Shown here in pieces: positions 13,372-25,254 of a stretch of 64,000 nucleotides of DNA (its first letter is position 1; every line of letters starts with the position of its first letter). The DNA lies in the NCBI RefSeq assembly GCF_006345805.1, contig NC_043012.1, positions 57,288,001 to 57,352,000 of the forward strand. Reading direction: 5' to 3'. This DNA comes from Octopus sinensis (Eukaryota). The notes under the pieces are model-generated. The model had not been told where the DNA came from, made no database searches, and saw only the letters and a program-made list of their open reading frames with translations. Position numbers and translations under genes: made by a program.

Positions 13372-13699
13372 AACAAGGGATAAAAGCAAAGTCACAAACC
13401 AGAGAAAACAGATCGATCATTTGAGAATTCAACACAATAGATCAGATACGATTCTAATATCACATACAAGTGTGTCTACATAGCAAACCACATCATACTG
13501 CTCTGCCACTGTAGTGTTTTTATTGTATCGCGTATGCTGAATACCCTTTTAATGTCCAGCCAGAATCAGCTTGATATGATATGTCCAGAGTATTTAATGG
13601 TGATTGCAACAGAGAAATACCAGATGGAATTTGATTGGCTAGATGTTAGTTTTTGATTTCTTGGGATTTATTGTAGTATATAGTATCGTAGCAACTCAC

Positions 13700-13713
13700 C
13701 AGAGAATTTAGTT
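13700..13713 (-). CDS. Putative 14-nt micro-exon (AACTAAATTCTCTG)
   Basis: Acceptor ctgcttcttctctatag; consensus donor GTGAGT at 13694-13699; lies in unique sequence. Confidence 0.4.
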
Positions 13714-14038
13714 CTATAGAGAAGAAGCAGATTTTATGGATAATATGGTACGTAAAGGCATTTTGCATTTATCTGGATTAGATGGGAGATAAGGGAAATT
13801 TGGAATTGCGCTGTTTGTTGAGTTTTCGGTATTTTCTTAGAACGTGGAACTATTGCAAGGAATTGAACATATATGTATAGGGACTGCACAGAATTTAACT
13901 GATTAATTTAATTAAGATTAGGTTTTTGGAACTGCTTTTGTGATATTCCTGGCATTAAAGACTGTTAGTTCCTCCCTCTGGTTTCTTTTAACTGCAGTAG
14001 GATTTCATGATGTACAAACTCTCTCATGCTATGTGTGT

Positions 14039-14069
<31 letters not shown>

Positions 14070-14108
14070 TATGTATGTATGTACGTGTGTGTATATATGT
14101 GTGTATAT

Positions 14109-14280
14109 AGGCACAGGAGTGGCTGTGTGGTAAGTAGCTTGTTTACCAACCACATGGTTCCGGGTTCAGTCCCACTGCGTGGCACCTTGGGCAAGTGTCT
14201 TCTACTATAGCCTCGGGCCAACCAAAGCCTTGTGAGTGGATTTGGTAGACGGAAACTGAAAGAAGCCCGTCGTATATATG

Positions 14281-14313
<33 letters not shown>

Positions 14314-14505
14314 TTGTCCCCCTAGCATTGCTTGACAACCGATGCTGGTGTGTTTATGTCCCCGTCACTTAGCGGTTCGGCAAAAGAGACCGATTGAATA
14401 AGTACTGGGCTTACAAAGAATAAGTCCTGGGTCGAGTTGCTCGATTAAAGGCGGTGCTCCAGCATGGCCACAGTCAAATGACTGAAACAAGTAAAAAAAA
14501 GAAAA
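14109..14505 (+). mobile_element. SINE family A, young full-length copy used here as reference
   Basis: A-box-like tggctgtgtgg and B-box-like ggttcagtccc head, internal (TA)n(TG)n, 3' gaaacaagtaaaa.gaa tail; CpGs retained. Confidence 0.95.
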
Positions 14506-14527
14506 ATATATATATATATATAATTCG

Positions 14528-14725
14528 TTTTTGGATTTGGTTTGCAAGATTCTTCATATGAGTTCGTGTGTTGAAGCATATTCTGGTGTGTCTGGGGAGA
14601 GTCATTTTCTTTTTGTGCCTTATACTGTAACACACTCACCGGTAAAATTTCCACTTATCTCTTATTTTTATTGTCCTAAAATTTTCTTTGTGTCTTGCAA
14701 CCTTTTCAATAGTCTTGACTCTGTC
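14528..14725. mobile_element. Unclassified ~200-bp dispersed repeat (second copy at 40815-41041)
   Basis: ggatttggtttgcaagattc..gtgtctggggagagtcattttc is shared between the two loci. Confidence 0.8.
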
Positions 14726-14914
14726 CGTTATTTACACTGCATTCCTTTTTGTTTGTTTGTGCGCATGTGTGTGGGTCAGTGTGTGTGTGCATGCATGCAT
14801 GTACATATGTATGTATGTGTTTGTTTGCATGTGTATGTATGTATATATGTGCATGTATGCATATGTATATATGTATGTATGTGTGTGCATCTGTATGTAT
14901 GTATGCTGGATTTG

Positions 14915-15230
14915 TAATGTCAGTGTGCATACACGACAGAGCATAAGTGCCCTGAGAGAAAAGTTGGGCATAAGAAGCATCAAATGTGGTGTGCAAGAGA
15001 AGCATCTGTGCTGGTATGGTCATGTGTTATGTATGAATGAAGACAGCTGTGTGAAGATGTGCCACTCCCTAACTGTAGAAGGAACCTGTGGAAGAGGTAG
15101 ACCCAGGAAGACGTGTGATGAGGTGGTGAAGCATGACCATTGAACAGTGGGCCTCACAGAGGCAATGACAGGAGAATGGAACTTTTGAAGATATGCTGTG
15201 CTTGAGAAGACCTGGCAACTAAAGTGAGAT
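14915..15230 (+). mobile_element. RTE-clade LINE ORF2 C-terminal fragment
   Basis: Translates LREKLGIRSIKCGVQEKHLCWYGHVLCM...VEGTCGRGRPRKTCDEVV, matching the RTE post-RT motifs LRWxGHVxRM and GRGRPRKTW. Confidence 0.85.
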
Positions 15231-15299
15231 CGCAGCCACATTGTTCAACACTTTTAAGAATACCCCTGATGCATCGGGTGATATGATATGCTTGAAAAG

Positions 15300-15758
15300 A
15301 CTTGTTGAGTCAAGTAGACCCAATATAATAACTGTGGCCAGTGCACCCTGACTGGCTTCTGTGCTAGTGACATGTAAAAAGCACCATCCGAATGTGATCA
15401 ATGCCGGGTTTGCCTGACTGGCTCCTGTGCCGGTGGCACATAAAAAGAACCAACTGAATGTGGCCGATGTCAGTACTCCCTGACTGGTTCTTGTGCTGGT
15501 GGCACGTAAAAGGCACCATCTGAACATGAATGATACCAGGCCCGCCTGACTGGCTTCCATGCCAGTGGCACATAAAAAGCACCTACTACACTCTTGGAGT
15601 GGTTGGTGTTAGGAAGGCCATCCAGCTGTAGAAACATTGCCAGATCAGATTGGAGCCTGGTACAGCCGCTGGCTCTCCAGACCTCAGTGAAACCGTCCAA
15701 CCCATGCTAGCGTGGAAAACAGACATTAAACAATAATTATGATGATGATGATGATGAT

Positions 15759-15760
<2 letters not shown>
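15300..15760 (+). mobile_element. SINE family C with four 66-bp internal tandem units
   Basis: ctgactgg occurs at 15348, 15414, 15480 and 15546, followed by the standard C body and (GAT)n tail. Confidence 0.85.
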
Positions 15761-15789
<29 letters not shown>

Positions 15790-15790
<1 letters not shown>

Positions 15791-15793
15791 GAG

Positions 15794-15839
<46 letters not shown>

Positions 15840-15900
15840 CAGATAGATAGACAGATAGATAGATAGATAGACAAACAAATAGATAGATAGACAGATATAC
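15790..15900. repeat. (GATA)n/(GACA)n microsatellite
   Basis: Directly visible. Confidence 0.95.
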
Positions 15901-16180
15901 AAACTGAGTAGGGATAATTACAGTAGAGAGAAAGAGAGAGGTAGGTAACAAAGGAAGTGTTATTCTGAATCATAATTATCTGGAAAGTCAGACCTGAATA
16001 CTGTAGTTTGATACCAGGGAGATTACAGTCTCAGATAGGGGCACCATAATTTAACACCAGAGTGACTGCAGACTCAGGAAGGGCTGTCATGGTTTCACAC
16101 CAGACAGACTGGGGGAACTTAGGCATGTTTAGTTGTTACATATGTAAATCTAATCAATAACCAGTGTAGGATGAGAAGAA

Positions 16181-16405
16181 TACATGATGGAGTGCTGAAA
16201 AATTCTTGGCTTTCGGTAAAAGGAAATACCGGAAGATCAGTTAATTATGATTTTATTTAACATATCTCCCTCTCAGATTCATACACTTGTTGCAGTGGCC
16301 CTTTAGTTTTGCTAAGCCCTGTATAAGTAATCAGCAGGTTGGGTCTCTAACCAAGTGTTTTGCGATACCCTTAAAGCCTGGAACTTTCCAGCAGTTCCTT
16401 GTAAG
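16181..16405 (+). mobile_element. Tc1/mariner-like 5' fragment
   Basis: Begins with a TIR-like tac..gtgctgaaaaattcttggctt and continues with catatctccctctcagattcatacacttgttgcagtgg, resembling mariner left ends; recognised by eye. Confidence 0.5.
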
Positions 16406-16439
16406 TGGTTAAATATATATATATACATATATATATATG

Positions 16440-16600
16440 AAAAAACAAGTCAGGATAGAAAATGCTAAAATAATTTTATAAAGAACATTTCAGTACCGGT
16501 TTCAGTCATTGAGACTTCTTTAACTGTAAGCATGGAAAAGAATTAAATTTTGGAAAAATTAAATGAAAAGTTTTTTAAAAGAATATTTGCATAGTGTTCA
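16440..16600 (-). mobile_element. Short Penelope-type repeat with a decayed minimal hammerhead motif (16491-16526)
   Basis: Minus strand cag TTAAAGA AGTC tcaat GACT GAAAC CG GTA ctg; flanked by (TA)n. Confidence 0.55.
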
Positions 16601-16759
16601 AATATAAGTGGCATTTTCCTTGTTTCTGCCTTTCTCTGTCTCTCTTGTTTACTCTTGTGAGTTCGAGGTCGTTGTGAATTCTTGGTAGGGAAGAAGGAGG
16701 AAGAGGAGGGGGAGAAGGGGGAGGAAGGGGGCGAAGAATTTGGGAGTGCCTTGATTGTA

Positions 16760-16806
<47 letters not shown>

Positions 16807-17094
16807 GTTTGAAAATGCAAAGGTCTTTTAGAGATGTTTATTGACTTGACTGGTTTCACTATTTTAGAAAAAATTATCAAAAGTAAAATATAAAGCTTTG
16901 TATAAGCTTTGTTGTGTTAAAACAATGGTTAGCACAAAAGTATTAAAATACACTTAAACAGTCTTTGATCATGATAAGAAAATGTTAAAAACAGTTTACA
17001 TGAAAGTATTCAAGAAAGGGAATACAATAAGTATTTTGAGTTCAATAAAAATCATGTTTGTGCAGTAGTATATATATATATATATATTTATATA

Positions 17095-17275
17095 CACATA
17101 GTTGAAATTTACAGAAAAACGAAAGACGAAGACAGGTGTATAAACAACAAGCAGGTGTATTAGTCTGACACTTGGGAAGGTGAGAAAGTCTTTTACATTT
17201 TGAGCCTTGCACTCTTCAATCTTAAAGGAACATGAGGAAATAAACAGAGAGAAAATAAAAAAAACTTGTTAGTGG
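17095..17275 (-). mobile_element. Short Penelope-type repeat (related copy at 48670-48845)
   Basis: Reverse-complement similarity to 48670-48845; inserted in (TA)n; carries a TTGAAGA..AAAATGTA hammerhead-like relic. Confidence 0.65.
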
Positions 17276-17491
17276 TACATACATACATACATACATATAT
17301 ATATAGATAGATAGATATATATACATACATATACACACAGAGATAAAAATATATACATATATACGTATATCTTATATATATATATTATATACATACACAC
17401 ACACACACACACACACACATGAAGATACAAATATACATATATGTGTACATACATATATATATATTACACACATATATATATACACATACAA

Positions 17492-17535
<44 letters not shown>

Positions 17536-18123
17536 ATATGGACATCTGTCAGTTCTTTTCCCAGTGCTTCCAGCGTTATTATACAGAGATCATCTTACAA
17601 GAGAAGTTCACTTGAGCTTGAATGAAATCAATGTCACCAGTCAGAGAGGGTTACATAAAGGTCACGCACACAACTCGGCTGAACTGGCAGAATTGTTAGA
17701 GCATTGTACAAAATGCCTTATAATATATTCCTATCCAGTACCTTAGGCTCTGGGTTCAAGTCCTGCAATGGTCAACTTTGCCTTTGATCCTAAATGGAGT
17801 ATGGGGTATCAGTCAAGGATGGTGGTCTGGTAGATATGATAGTTTTAGGTGAAATCCCTTGTGGTATTATGTCCAGCTCTTTGCATTCTGAGTTCGAATC
17901 CTGCTGTGACAGCAAACTTAATCAGCTGCCTGGTTTAACAATCCATCTCCAAGACCATTGCTACCATCACTATCAGCACCATTGCTGCTACCACCACCAT
18001 CACTACAACTACTACCACCACCCTAACACCACTGCCACAATCATCACCATCACCAATGACACCACCACAGCCTATGATTAAAGGTACTCCAGTGATGACC
18101 ATCCTGTCATATTTTCAAATATT

Positions 18124-18472
18124 ACAGGAGTGAACGTGTGGTAAGTAGCTTGCTTACGAACCACATGGTTCCAGGTTCAGTTCCACTACGTGGCACCTTG
18201 GGCAAGTGTCTTCTGCTATAGCCTTGGGCCAACCAAAGCCTTGTGAGTGGATTTGGCAGACGGAAACTGAAAGAAGCCGGTCGTATATATATATATATAT
18301 TTGAGTACGTGTATCTGTGTTTGTCCCTCACCATTGCTTGACAACCAATGTTGGTGTGTTTATGTCCCTATAACTTAGTGGTTCAGCAAAAGAAACTGAT
18401 AGAATAAGCACTAGGTGGTGCTCCAGCATGGACATAGTCAAATGACTGAAACAAGTAAAAGAATAAAAGAAT
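18124..18472 (+). mobile_element. SINE family A
   Basis: Matches the reference copy, with a short internal deletion near the 3' end. Confidence 0.9.
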
Positions 18473-19764
18473 GTATCCATGATCTACATTATCTAATATG
18501 TCCTTCATTTTCAAGATGCTTGAACATAAATTGAGAGGTAGATTTAGCTGCCATTTCCAATATACTAACTATATCTGTGATGTATGTTACCAAAATGCGT
18601 CCTTCATTTTCAAAATGCTTGCATATAATTTGAGAGGCAGGTTTAGCTGCCACTTCTAGCACGTTCACAAACCATGTAGAATCTCCCTTGTTGACTCATT
18701 AATACGGCAGTAGAAGAATTATATTTGATGCAAAGCCTAATTCTGAAGTTGGTGGAATCAAGATTCTAGTCTCGACACATACAGGGGGTTTTACAGCTGT
18801 CACGAGTGTGACATGAAAATATGCGATTGCGTTGTAATCAGCATAACATACCACGCGTGTCGGGGAGGAGGGGGGGCGGAGAAGGAGGAGGAGGGTGGAG
18901 TAACAGGCAGAGGAGATGTCGTTAGGATACACTTGTTAATTTGACAGGCTGAGCAAATTGACAGATATTCTGTACGATCAAATTAGTGAAAATTTTAGGG
19001 ATATACAGAAAAGGTCTTAAGCCAGATGTCCTGAGAGATAATTTTCCAACCGATATTTCTGTGCCAGTTGTTATTCATTCTTTTTTTTGTACCTTTTCCT
19101 GTGTTTATTTATGATTTTTTTTTTGTTTGGGTTGCCTGGCCACCCCCTTACTTTTTTTTTTTTTTTACTAAACTATATTTAAGCAATATAGTTAATTTGC
19201 GTGTATATTTTAAAGCAAGACAAGTGAGTTGAGGGTTAGGGAAGTGTTGAAACAAAAGGACTTGCTGATGTCAAATGCATTTAGCGTTTTCTGTGATGGT
19301 ACCATGCTAAAGGTTAAAAACGGATCATTTGAAAGTACAAAAGCCAGCACCGTGGGTCAGAAAGGGGAAATGCGATAGTTTACATTCAGAATGAAGAATT
19401 TTCTGAATAATTGGACGGGAATATATATGTAAAAGAGCTTCTTGTTGATGTTGATGTTAAAACTGTTGTTTTAACCCAGAACAGCACTGGCAGAGTAGGA
19501 TTCGGAACAAAACAGTTCCGTCCATGACTATCAAGTCTGATATTTTTTGTTTAGTTTAACATAAAACTAGATTATCCAGTATCATTCCTTCCTTTCCACT
19601 TGTGTGTCTTCCTTTCAGGCATATCATATCTAGAATTACACAGTCTAATGTGCTTTTCCTATTTTTCGAATGATAAGGAGTGATTTCAGGGAGATTTGAC
19701 TGCTATTGCTAGCAGACAGAGGGACCATATAAAAGGTCCATTGTAGGCTTTAACTTTAATTTCA

Positions 19765-20135
19765 TCTTTTACTTGTTTCAGTCATTAGACTGCGGCCATA
19801 CTGGGGCACCGCCTTGAAGAATTTTGGTTAAACAAATTTACCCCAGTACTTAATTTGTTCTAAGTCTGGTACTTACTCTATTGTTTGCCTTTGTTGAACT
19901 GCTAAATCATGGGGATGTAAACACACCAACAGTGGTTGTCAAGTGGTGGTTGGTGACAAAGACACACACACGTTTATATGACAGGTTTCTTGCATTTTCC
20001 CGTTTACCAAATCCACTGACAAGGCTTTGGTCGGTCTGAGGCTATAGTAGAAGACACTTGCCCAAGGTGCCACGCAGTGGGACTGAACCCGGAACCATGT
20101 GGTGCATAAGCAAGCTACTTACCACACAGCCACTC
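19765..20135 (-). mobile_element. SINE family A
   Basis: Reverse copy. Confidence 0.9.
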
Positions 20136-20495
20136 TGACACCCATTTATTTAGTTCAGACATCAAAATTCCATAAGTTTTAATTTAAATTTCATCCTTCC
20201 CCCATAGGTCGATGAAATAAGTGGCTGTCTAAAGCAGGGGTGAATTCAAAAGTTCTAATCTTACCTCAATGAAGAAATTCTATAATGATGACAATGATTA
20301 TAGAACAAATACCTCTTAATTCTTTTAATGCCAACAAACCACCTGCAACTGCCCATATCCACTGACAAGGCTCTGGTCGGCCCGAGGCTATAGTAGAAAA
20401 CACTTGCCCAAGGTGCCATGCAGTGGGACCGAACCCAGAACTATGTGGTTGGGAAGCAACCACATGGTTAAGCTGCTTCTATAGAAACAGCTTAA

Positions 20496-20717
20496 CCCTT
20501 CTGATGCCAATTCATCCAAGACCACTCTGAGTTCTATAACACAAACTTCCTGTTTTAAAGCGTTCTAAATTAAAACCATCTTTCAACATTCCATATTAAC
20601 ATGTTTCAAACAGCAGCTTAATAACGGCACAGATATATTACTAAATTCTTTGTTGTTTTCGGAATTCATTGAAGCAAAGGAAATGCATTTCAACAAAAAT
20701 ATGGTTTAATGAAAGGA
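20496..20717. mobile_element. TTAA-flanked MITE (piggyBac-like termini); related copies at 12745-12980, 42284-42591 and 46613-47206
   Basis: TTAA|cccttctgatgcc ... gaaagga|TTAA; internal taaattaaaacc.tcc motif shared between copies. Confidence 0.65.
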
Positions 20718-20784
20718 TTAATAAAACTTTGGGGATGTCCATACACTCCAATGATTTGCTCTGTTCTAATATTAATAGGAATTG

Positions 20785-21330
20785 AAGATGGCAACCTGGC
20801 AGAATCGTTAGCATGCGGGGCAAAAAGCTTAGCAGCATTTCGTCTGTCTTTATGTTCTGAGATCAAATTCTTCCACTGAGGTTGACTTTGCCTTTCATAC
20901 ACTGGGGTTAATAAAATAAGTAACAGTCCCTGTTGGAGTAAGTTCCTAAAAATTTAGGCATGTGACTCAATTTCTATTCCTGTTTTGAAGGCTTTTAACT
21001 TTCACTCCACTTATTCACTCATATTCACTAGGAGGGCATCAATGTATTATTCACTAGGTGGGCATCAATGTATAATTGACTTATCCCCTTCCCTGAAATT
21101 ACTGGCCTGGTGCCAAAAATTTGAAGCCAATATTAATGGAAGCTGAAGGTGGCAGCTGGCAGAATCATTAGCATGCCAGGTAAAATGCTTAGCGGCACTT
21201 TGTTCTGGTGAGGTTGACTTTGCCTTTCATCTTGGGGTTGAAAAAAAAAAAGTACCAGTCAATCACTGTAGGTTGATGTAATCGACTTAACCCCTACACC
21301 AAAATTACTGGCCTTGTACCAAAATTTGAA
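20785..21330 (+). mobile_element. Two to three SINE family B fragments
   Basis: ggcagaatc.ttagcatgc heads and gaggttgactttgcctttcat cores. Confidence 0.8.
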
Positions 21331-22510
21331 ACCAATGACAGCTGAATATTATAATATTTACATTGGATGGATAGGTATCCCTACCTTGTTTGTTGTTACC
21401 ATGTTTCAGCTGATGTACTCTCCAGCCTTCATCAGATGTCTTCATGGAATTTCAGACCCAACCCTTTATTTGACTACTGGAGTAATCTGTTCTCATTCAT
21501 AAAGTATTTTTTTGCTGATGTGATTATTATTATTTATTCAAGTCACCATCTGGGATTGAACCCAAAATCTTGGGGTTAGTAGTTTGCACTCTTAACCATA
21601 AAGAAATAGCTAGAAAACTAGCTATTTCTTGTAATACATACCAAGACATACATCTAAAGGAAAATTTTTTTGGGGGCCCTTAAAACACTTAAAATAATAT
21701 TGGTTCAAATATAAATGAAATTTCAAATTTAGGAATAAAACCACAAATTTTCAGAAGGGTATAGCCAGTTGTATCAACCCTAATAAACAGCCAAAATAGA
21801 AGGCGAAGATGACTTCAGTGGGTTGGAACTCAGAATGATGTGACTGAATATGATGAGACATTTTGTCCACTGCTTTAATGTTTCTGCCAATCAAATTCCT
21901 CCTTTGGCATTTGGTAATATTGACATTAATAGTGAAATATTTCTGTGAGAAATGGGATTTCTTCAAGAACGAAAATTTGTAGAGTGAGGCTTTTGACTTG
22001 TATTTTGATGTGCGAAGATATGCTGTATTATGAGTTGTGAACATATATATCTATATACATATGTATATACATGCTTAAACACACACACACGTGCACACAC
22101 AAGTGTATATATATATGCGTACATAATATGTGTTTGTCGTATATATTTGTTTGCCTATATACATACATATATAGGCAATTTTGTGGATAAACAAATTAGA
22201 TATAATAAATATAACAGTCTCGGTATGAAATACAAAATATGTATATATATATATACATGCAAAATGAGAGAAAGCATGTCTTGCATGTATACATATTTTG
22301 TATTTCATACCCAAATTAGCTATATATTCAATATATCTACTTTATTTATCTGCATTATTGCCTCTATATCTTATCTGCTCAAATAGATCTCTCTTATAAC
22401 CATTCTTTACCCAGTGGAATTGATCCCCTGTGAAGACATCGGAGTCCAAGTTTGAATCATTTGAGTGCTACTGTCTTCTATACTGAGAATCTCGGGATCT
22501 CATTCGAGAC

Positions 22511-22541
<31 letters not shown>

Positions 22542-22782
22542 CAGGGTTGGCCAAAAGTCACCCGACAGTAAATCAAAATTCCATAAATACTTAATATTCA
22601 ATTTTAATTATTCATTTCAATTATGAATGCTTAATAAATTGAATGCTAGGAGTTAAAATCACCCCTTTTATTTTCAAAATTTGTCTATTTATTAGCGAAA
22701 ATCTCATACAAAATAAATTTTTGTTTCAATCTTGGAATTAAATGGTTTTGATTTATTGTCAGGTGACTTTTGGCCAATCCTG
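22542..22782. mobile_element. Tc1/mariner-type MITE with 22-bp TIRs in a TA context
   Basis: TA|cagggttggccaaaagtcaccc ... aggtgacttttggccaatcctg|CA, with 2 TIR mismatches and an AT-rich interior. Confidence 0.85.
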
Positions 22783-23189
22783 CATATATATATATATACA
22801 CATAACCGGTTTGGTAGACTACTTGACAAACAAAGAGGGAAAATTTAGCTATATCACCATATTATGAAAAAATCATGAACGGCGCCTTAATCGATTTTTG
22901 AACCTAATTGGGTTCATATCAGGAATCTAAATCATTTAACCAATCCCCAGAGAAACAAGTGGTCAATCTGCTTATATATGCAACAAATCCAGTAGCTTCA
23001 GAGGACTAGAGCAACTAATTTGCATAATCCATACATACATACATACATACATTGCTATCTATCTACATTTTATTTATTATTTTGCACATTACTTAATCAT
23101 CGTTATATTTTTTTGTCTTATATCTAATTTTTCATTACTGAATTGATAACAGGTGGTTTTTTTCTAATTTATATATATATATATATATG

Positions 23190-23445
23190 AGTGGAGGTGT
23201 GTGGCTTAGTGGTTAGGGTGTCAGCATCATGATCATAAGATTGTGGTTTCGATTCCTGGACCGGGCGACACAATGTGTTCTTGAGCAAAACACTTCATTT
23301 CACGTTGCTCCAGTCCACTGAGCTGGCAAAAATGAGTAACACTGCAATGGACTAGCGTCTCATCCAGCTGGGGACCACATACGCCACTGAAAATGGGAAA
23401 CTGGGCCCATGAACCTGGCTAGGCTTTAAAAGGGCACATTTATTT
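23190..23445 (+). mobile_element. SINE family D (tRNA head + gtgttcttgagcaaaacacttcatttcacgttgctccagtccact core)
   Basis: A box tggcttagtgg, B box ggtttcgattcc; core shared with 30560-30878, 43660-43950, 48330-48570 and 57345-57860. Confidence 0.85.
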
Positions 23446-23465
23446 ATTATTATATATATATATAT

Positions 23466-23660
23466 GAATTTAAGAAAATGGAGAAAAAGACAACAAGAAG
23501 TCGTGGTATATGCAAAGTCTTAATAAGATGCTCAGGGAAGGAAAGAAAGGGTGTTTTACGTTTTGAGTAAAGCTCTTCTTCAGGGACAGGAGACAGAGGG
23601 AAGTCCAAAAGAAAAGAAAGATGGAGGGAAAAGATCACCAACAATCCACATGTAGTTATA
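23466..23660 (-). mobile_element. Short Penelope-type repeat with a hammerhead-like relic (23552-23585)
   Basis: Minus strand cc CTGAAGA A GAG cttta CTC AAAAC GTA aaac; flanked by (TA)n. Confidence 0.6.
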
Positions 23661-23689
23661 TTTTGGAATATATATATATGTATATATAT

Positions 23690-24062
23690 AGGCACAGGAG
23701 TGGCTGTGTGGTAAGTAGCTTGCTTACCAACCACATGGTTCCGGGTTCAGTCCCACTGCGTGGCACCTTAGGCAAGTATCTTCTACTATAGCCTCGGGCC
23801 AACCAAAGCCTTGTGAGTGGATTTGGTAGATGGAAACTGAAAGAAGCCTGTTGTATGTATATGTATATATATATATATGTACATGTTTGTGTGTCTGTGT
23901 TTGTTACCCGAGCATCACTTGACAACCAATGCTGGTGTGTTTATGTCCCTGTAACTTAGCGGTTCAGCAAAAGGGACTGAGGAAATAAGCATTTGGCTTG
24001 CAAAGAATAAGTTCTGGGGTCGATTTGCTGAATGACTGAGACAAGTAAAAGAATAAAAGAAT
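23690..24062 (+). mobile_element. SINE family A
   Basis: Matches the reference copy. Confidence 0.9.
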
Positions 24063-24499
24063 ACGGCCACAGCCTTAGGGCTGCAATATACAAAGGAATG
24101 AAAGAGTACACACGCACACACACACACATACAAACACACACATACACACACACATATATATTATGACAAAGACTAAAAAATTTAGAAAAATTGTAATTCC
24201 ATTTTACACATGCGCATGTTTCATTACAGTATATGAAATACATTATGAATATATAAATATTAATATAAACAATATCAATAACAATATGAATATAATAAAT
24301 TCTTAATAGCTATATATTGTACATGTAGATCTAAGTGTAATATTAACATTTATATTCATGTCATTCCTATGCTATAATGAAACAAACATCTGTGTGCATG
24401 TGTGTGTGTGTGTGTGTCTGTGCGTATAGCTATATCTATGTGCATGTGTGTGTATGTATATATATGGATATATGCTTAAGCTTATATATTCATGTGTGT

Positions 24500-24576
24500 A
24501 TATGTATGTTTACATAGACATATACATATGTGAATATGTACACAGACACATACACACGTGTATGAATGTATTTATT

Positions 24577-24622
<46 letters not shown>

Positions 24623-24624
24623 CA

Positions 24625-24668
<44 letters not shown>

Positions 24669-24679
24669 GATATATATAC

Positions 24680-24731
<52 letters not shown>

Positions 24732-24840
24732 CATATATATAACATATATACATACACATATATATATATATATATATAATCATCATCATACATATATATT
24801 ATACATATATATGTATATATATATATATATATATGCACAC
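24500..24840. repeat. Compound (TA)n/(CA)n field
   Basis: Directly visible. Confidence 0.95.
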
Positions 24841-25006
24841 AAGATTTATTCACAGTTGAGCCTGAGTTAGTTGCTACTCAAGTTCCCTATTTCTGCTTCA
24901 TTAAACATCTGAATATGCCTTGAATAAGTCTCATTCCACTCTACTTCACTGTATTGAGTACTTTCTCGCTTAATTGCACACACATCCGTGTTTACATGAT
25001 ACATTC

Positions 25007-25038
<32 letters not shown>

Positions 25039-25254
25039 ATAAGTAAAATAGATCCTTCATCAGTTTCAATGAAGTTTTCTACACCGTGAAACACAAAAAA
25101 AGCAAAAACAAAAAAAAACAAAAAAAAAAAAACATTTATGGACAACACCTTCATACTTTACAGAATTCCCAACAAAAATGGAAGATTAATGATGGAAGTT
25201 GTCCTCAGTGAACAGCAGAGAGTAAAGAATATATATAAAAATATGTATATTAAT

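Noticed and set aside
15348-15600. 66-bp period with a palindromic core resembling a CRISPR array
   Set aside because: Whole units are homologous, so there are no unique spacers; it lies inside a eukaryotic SINE and there are no cas genes.
19216-19223. Plus-strand 8-nt micro-exon candidate (aag|CAAGACAA|GTGAGT)
   Set aside because: It is isolated, with no partner exons. It shows that such patterns can arise by chance, which is why the minus-strand exons are given only moderate confidence.
20263-20277. 15-nt minus-strand exon candidate with a GTAAGA donor
   Set aside because: It introduces a stop in frame A and sits beside repeat remnants; it is compatible only with frame B.
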